Below are positions 61,799-64,000 of a stretch of 64,000 nucleotides of DNA, one piece after another. The first letter of the stretch is position 1; every line of letters starts with the position of its first letter. Source of the DNA: Candidatus Babeliales bacterium (GTDB lineage Bacteria; Babelota; Babeliae; Babelales; JACPOV01); contig JBFWNW010000002.1 of the NCBI GenBank assembly GCA_050250855.1, forward strand, positions 69,925-133,924, read 5' to 3'. The notes below the pieces were generated by a model, which saw nothing but the letters and a program-made list of their open reading frames with translations, made no database searches and had not been told where the DNA came from. The translations under genes were made by a program, and so were the position numbers.

Positions 61799-63565
61799 TT
61801 ATTTTTTTACCGGCAACTTTTTCAATCCATATTCAAGAAGTTGCTTATCATCAACTGGCGTAGGACTTTCCATTAATGGATCATAACCATTTGCCATCTT
61901 AGGGAATGCAATAACTTCACGAATAGATGTTGACTCCGTTAAAAGCATAATAAGGCGATCAAGGCCGAGGGCTATGCCACCGTGCGGAGGAAAGCCAAGT
62001 TCTTGCGCTTCTAATAAAAAGCCAAATTTTTCTTTTGTTTGTTCATCAGATAATCCAAGAAGTTCAAAAATCTTTTTTTGTACTTCTGGTTTATAAATAC
62101 GAATAGAACCGCCACCAAGTTCAATACCATTAAGCACAATATCGTACGCTCGCGCCTTCATATCATGCGGCTTAAGATTTTCCCAGCCCTCTTGTGGTGA
62201 GGTAAAAGGGTGATGTGCTGAAGACCACGATTTACTTTCTTTATCATATTCAAGTAATGGAAAATCAGTCACCCATGATAGATTTAAAACATTTTTAGGA
62301 ATCATATCAAGAGCATGCGCTACCATTAAACGCAAGCGGCCTAAAAGTTCCCATGCCTCTTTATAGTCGCCAGCAATTAAAAATAATACATCACCATGCG
62401 CAAGGCCTGGCACTACCGTTCTTAACTGCTCATAAAAATCTGTCGGCAAAAATTTGGCAACAGGGGTTTCAATTTTATCTTCTTCTATCTTCATCCATAG
62501 CAAACCTTTTGCGCCAATTTCTTGTGCTCGGTCAACCCAACGCACGAGCTCAGAACGCGAAATATCTTTGCCTTGAACATAGATACCCCCAATTTTACCA
62601 CCTTTATCAAGCACATCGCGTAAAAATTTAAGCTCAGTTTTTTCAAAAAGCTTGGTAAAATCTTGAATTTCCATGCCAAAACGCAGATCAGGTTTATCTG
62701 AACCATAATGAGAAAATGCATGATCATAGGTCATGCGCGATAGTGGTAATGAAATTGTTTTATTAAATAATTTTTTAAAAAGAAACGCAAAAAGCTGCTC
62801 AATTAAACTTTGCACATCCTGTTCTTTAATGAATGACATTTCAATATCAAGCTGAGTAAATTCTGGCTGACGATCAGCGCGCAAATCTTCATCACGAAAA
62901 CAACGGGCAATCTGGAAATAACGCTCCAAGCCGCCGGCCATTAAAAGTTGCTTATAAAGCTGCGGAGATTGTGGTAGCGCATAAAAATAGGTTGGCTTGC
63001 AACGAGAAGGGACTAAAAATTCTCGTGCTCCTTCTGGCGTATTTTTTGTCAAAATAGGGGTTTCGATTTCATAAAAACCTTGGTTTTGCAAAAATTCGCG
63101 CATGGCAAAAATAACATCATTGCGCAAGCGCATACGCTCCTGCATATAGTTCGTACGCAAATCAAGATAGCGGTATTTTAGGCGCAACTCTTCATCAACA
63201 TGCGATGCTTCATCAAGCATAAAGGGCAAGGTTTTTGCCTTATTTAAAATAGTCAGTTCTTCAACTTGAATTTCAAAATCACCAGTTTTTAAATCAGAGT
63301 TCTTGGTTTCTGGCGCGCGCTCAATAACGGTACCCTTAATTGAAATAACATATTCTGAGCGCAATGAATGGGCCATTTCATGTACTTTTGGATTTTTATC
63401 AGGATTAAGCACCAACTGCACTATGCCGCTACGATCGCGTAAATCAATAAAAATCAATCCGCCATGATCTCGACGTCTTGCAACCCATCCTGCCAAAGAA
63501 ACTTCTTTATTCAAGTGGGCTTTATCAATCAACCCGCAACCGGTAGTACGTTCATAATAATGCAT
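61799..63565 (-). CDS. aspS: Aspartate--tRNA ligase
   Basis: Class II aaRS. FIDLRDRSGIVQLV OB-fold region, FRDEDLRADRQPEFTQLD motif 2, GGIALGLDRL motif 3. 588 aa. Confidence 0.95.
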   Translation of the reverse strand: MHYYERTTGCGLIDKAHLNKEVSLAGWVARRRDHGGLIFIDLRDRSGIVQLVLNPDKNPKVHEMAHSLRSEYVISIKGTVIERAPETKNSDLKTGDFEIQVEELTILNKAKTLPFMLDEASHVDEELRLKYRYLDLRTNYMQERMRLRNDVIFAMREFLQNQGFYEIETPILTKNTPEGAREFLVPSRCKPTYFYALPQSPQLYKQLLMAGGLERYFQIARCFRDEDLRADRQPEFTQLDIEMSFIKEQDVQSLIEQLFAFLFKKLFNKTISLPLSRMTYDHAFSHYGSDKPDLRFGMEIQDFTKLFEKTELKFLRDVLDKGGKIGGIYVQGKDISRSELVRWVDRAQEIGAKGLLWMKIEEDKIETPVAKFLPTDFYEQLRTVVPGLAHGDVLFLIAGDYKEAWELLGRLRLMVAHALDMIPKNVLNLSWVTDFPLLEYDKESKSWSSAHHPFTSPQEGWENLKPHDMKARAYDIVLNGIELGGGSIRIYKPEVQKKIFELLGLSDEQTKEKFGFLLEAQELGFPPHGGIALGLDRLIMLLTESTSIREVIAFPKMANGYDPLMESPTPVDDKQLLEYGLKKLPVKK

Positions 63566-63632
63566 GAAAAATCCTTTTTAAAAGGGCTAAAAACCTACAC
63601 TTAGTCTAACAAATGACATAGATTAAAGCAAT

Positions 63633-63655
63633 AAGGGATGCTTAGTGCATCCCTT
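63633..63655 (-). terminator. Hairpin downstream of the partial outer-membrane protein gene
   Basis: aagggatgc / ttagt / gcatccctt 9-bp stem. The U-tract on the minus strand is weak (tattgcttt). Confidence 0.35.
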
Positions 63656-63687
63656 AAAAAAAAATTACTCAACTTACAATAGCTACC

Positions 63688-64000
63688 TTAAAACCTATAC
63701 TCAATACCAATATTAATAGTATAAGCAATATTATCACCAAGAAGCGGATTTGCATCAACAGTAATACCCGTTACATCAGAGTTATCAATCAATTTTAAAT
63801 CATCACGATTTAGTGGCATTCCCTTAATATCTGCATAATGACCACCCGGAACAAACATAGAACCAACTACATAAATTTTGCAGGCATCAAGCAGCGTAGC
63901 ATCAATAAATGCATTCGCTTCCAAACCTAAATAGTTGCGTGCAAATTTAGTTGGTGAAGACATGCCAGTAGTAATATCAAAAGCACGTGTTTTTCTTTGC
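63688..64000 (-). CDS. Partial (5'-truncated by the window edge) putative outer-membrane beta-barrel protein
   Basis: The frame is open to the window edge. The C-terminus ...INIGIEYRF ends in an aromatic Phe with alternating hydrophobic residues, typical of OMP terminal strands. Confidence 0.4.
   Translation of the reverse strand, partial: QRKTRAFDITTGMSSPTKFARNYLGLEANAFIDATLLDACKIYVVGSMFVPGGHYADIKGMPLNRDDLKLIDNSDVTGITVDANPLLGDNIAYTINIGIEYRF

Noticed and set aside
1-64000. The many 60-140 aa ORFs in the supplied track that are nested in or antisense to large genes (for example 909..1094, 3123..3338, 26790..27017, 43643..43915, 58515..58937)
   Set aside because: All lie inside well-supported longer CDSs on the same or opposite strand and have low-complexity, shadow-frame composition. 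None has an SD sequence or a recognisable motif.
1-64000. Search for a prophage, IS element, integrase or genomic-island borders around the glycan locus and the WD40 pair
   Set aside because: I found no integrase, transposase, tRNA attachment site or long direct repeats flanking these blocks. The only mobile-like sequences are the two small GC-rich elements.

Overview
AT-rich bacterial chromosomal window with about 60 genes. I found no rRNA, tRNA, CRISPR array, transposase or integrase. The gene content suggests a host-associated diderm, possibly an amoeba symbiont or parasite of the Dependentiae type, but taxonomy cannot be proven from this sequence. Housekeeping genes include a DEAD-box helicase, csaA, ogt, rng, uvrC, clpB, tpiA-secG, mlaEF, moxR, eno, a Nudix hydrolase and aspS. 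They frame three accessory blocks. (1) 9.7-32.3 kb is a roughly 21 kb run of 19 minus-strand genes forming a glycan locus. It encodes wecB, wecC, a bi-domain oxidoreductase, a GT-C enzyme, a Dpm1-like synthase and the GDP-fucose pathway (manC-gmd-fcl). Eleven consecutive proteins follow, mostly glycosyltransferases, each with a signal peptide; they include duplicated eukaryote-type GT10 and GT23 fucosyltransferases. No Wzx, Wzy, initiating transferase or exporter gene is present. (2) 33.5-37.1 kb is a 1.6 kb tandem duplication. Each copy encodes a signal peptide, a SKP1-like BTB/POZ domain, an F-box-like LPxDIL motif and seven WD40 blades. This is a candidate secreted mimic of a host SCF ubiquitin-ligase adaptor. 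Each copy also has a conserved -1-frame tail behind an A7 run, and a GC-rich MITE-like element sits at the duplication junction. (3) 51.5-60.0 kb is a tightly coupled five-gene operon: GspC-like, secretin, PilM-N/GspL-like, PilO/GspM-like, then a second secretin. Many proteins here that would normally be cytoplasmic carry Sec-type N-termini, so an export link between these blocks is a testable idea. All functional calls rest on motifs I recognised by eye; no database search was run.
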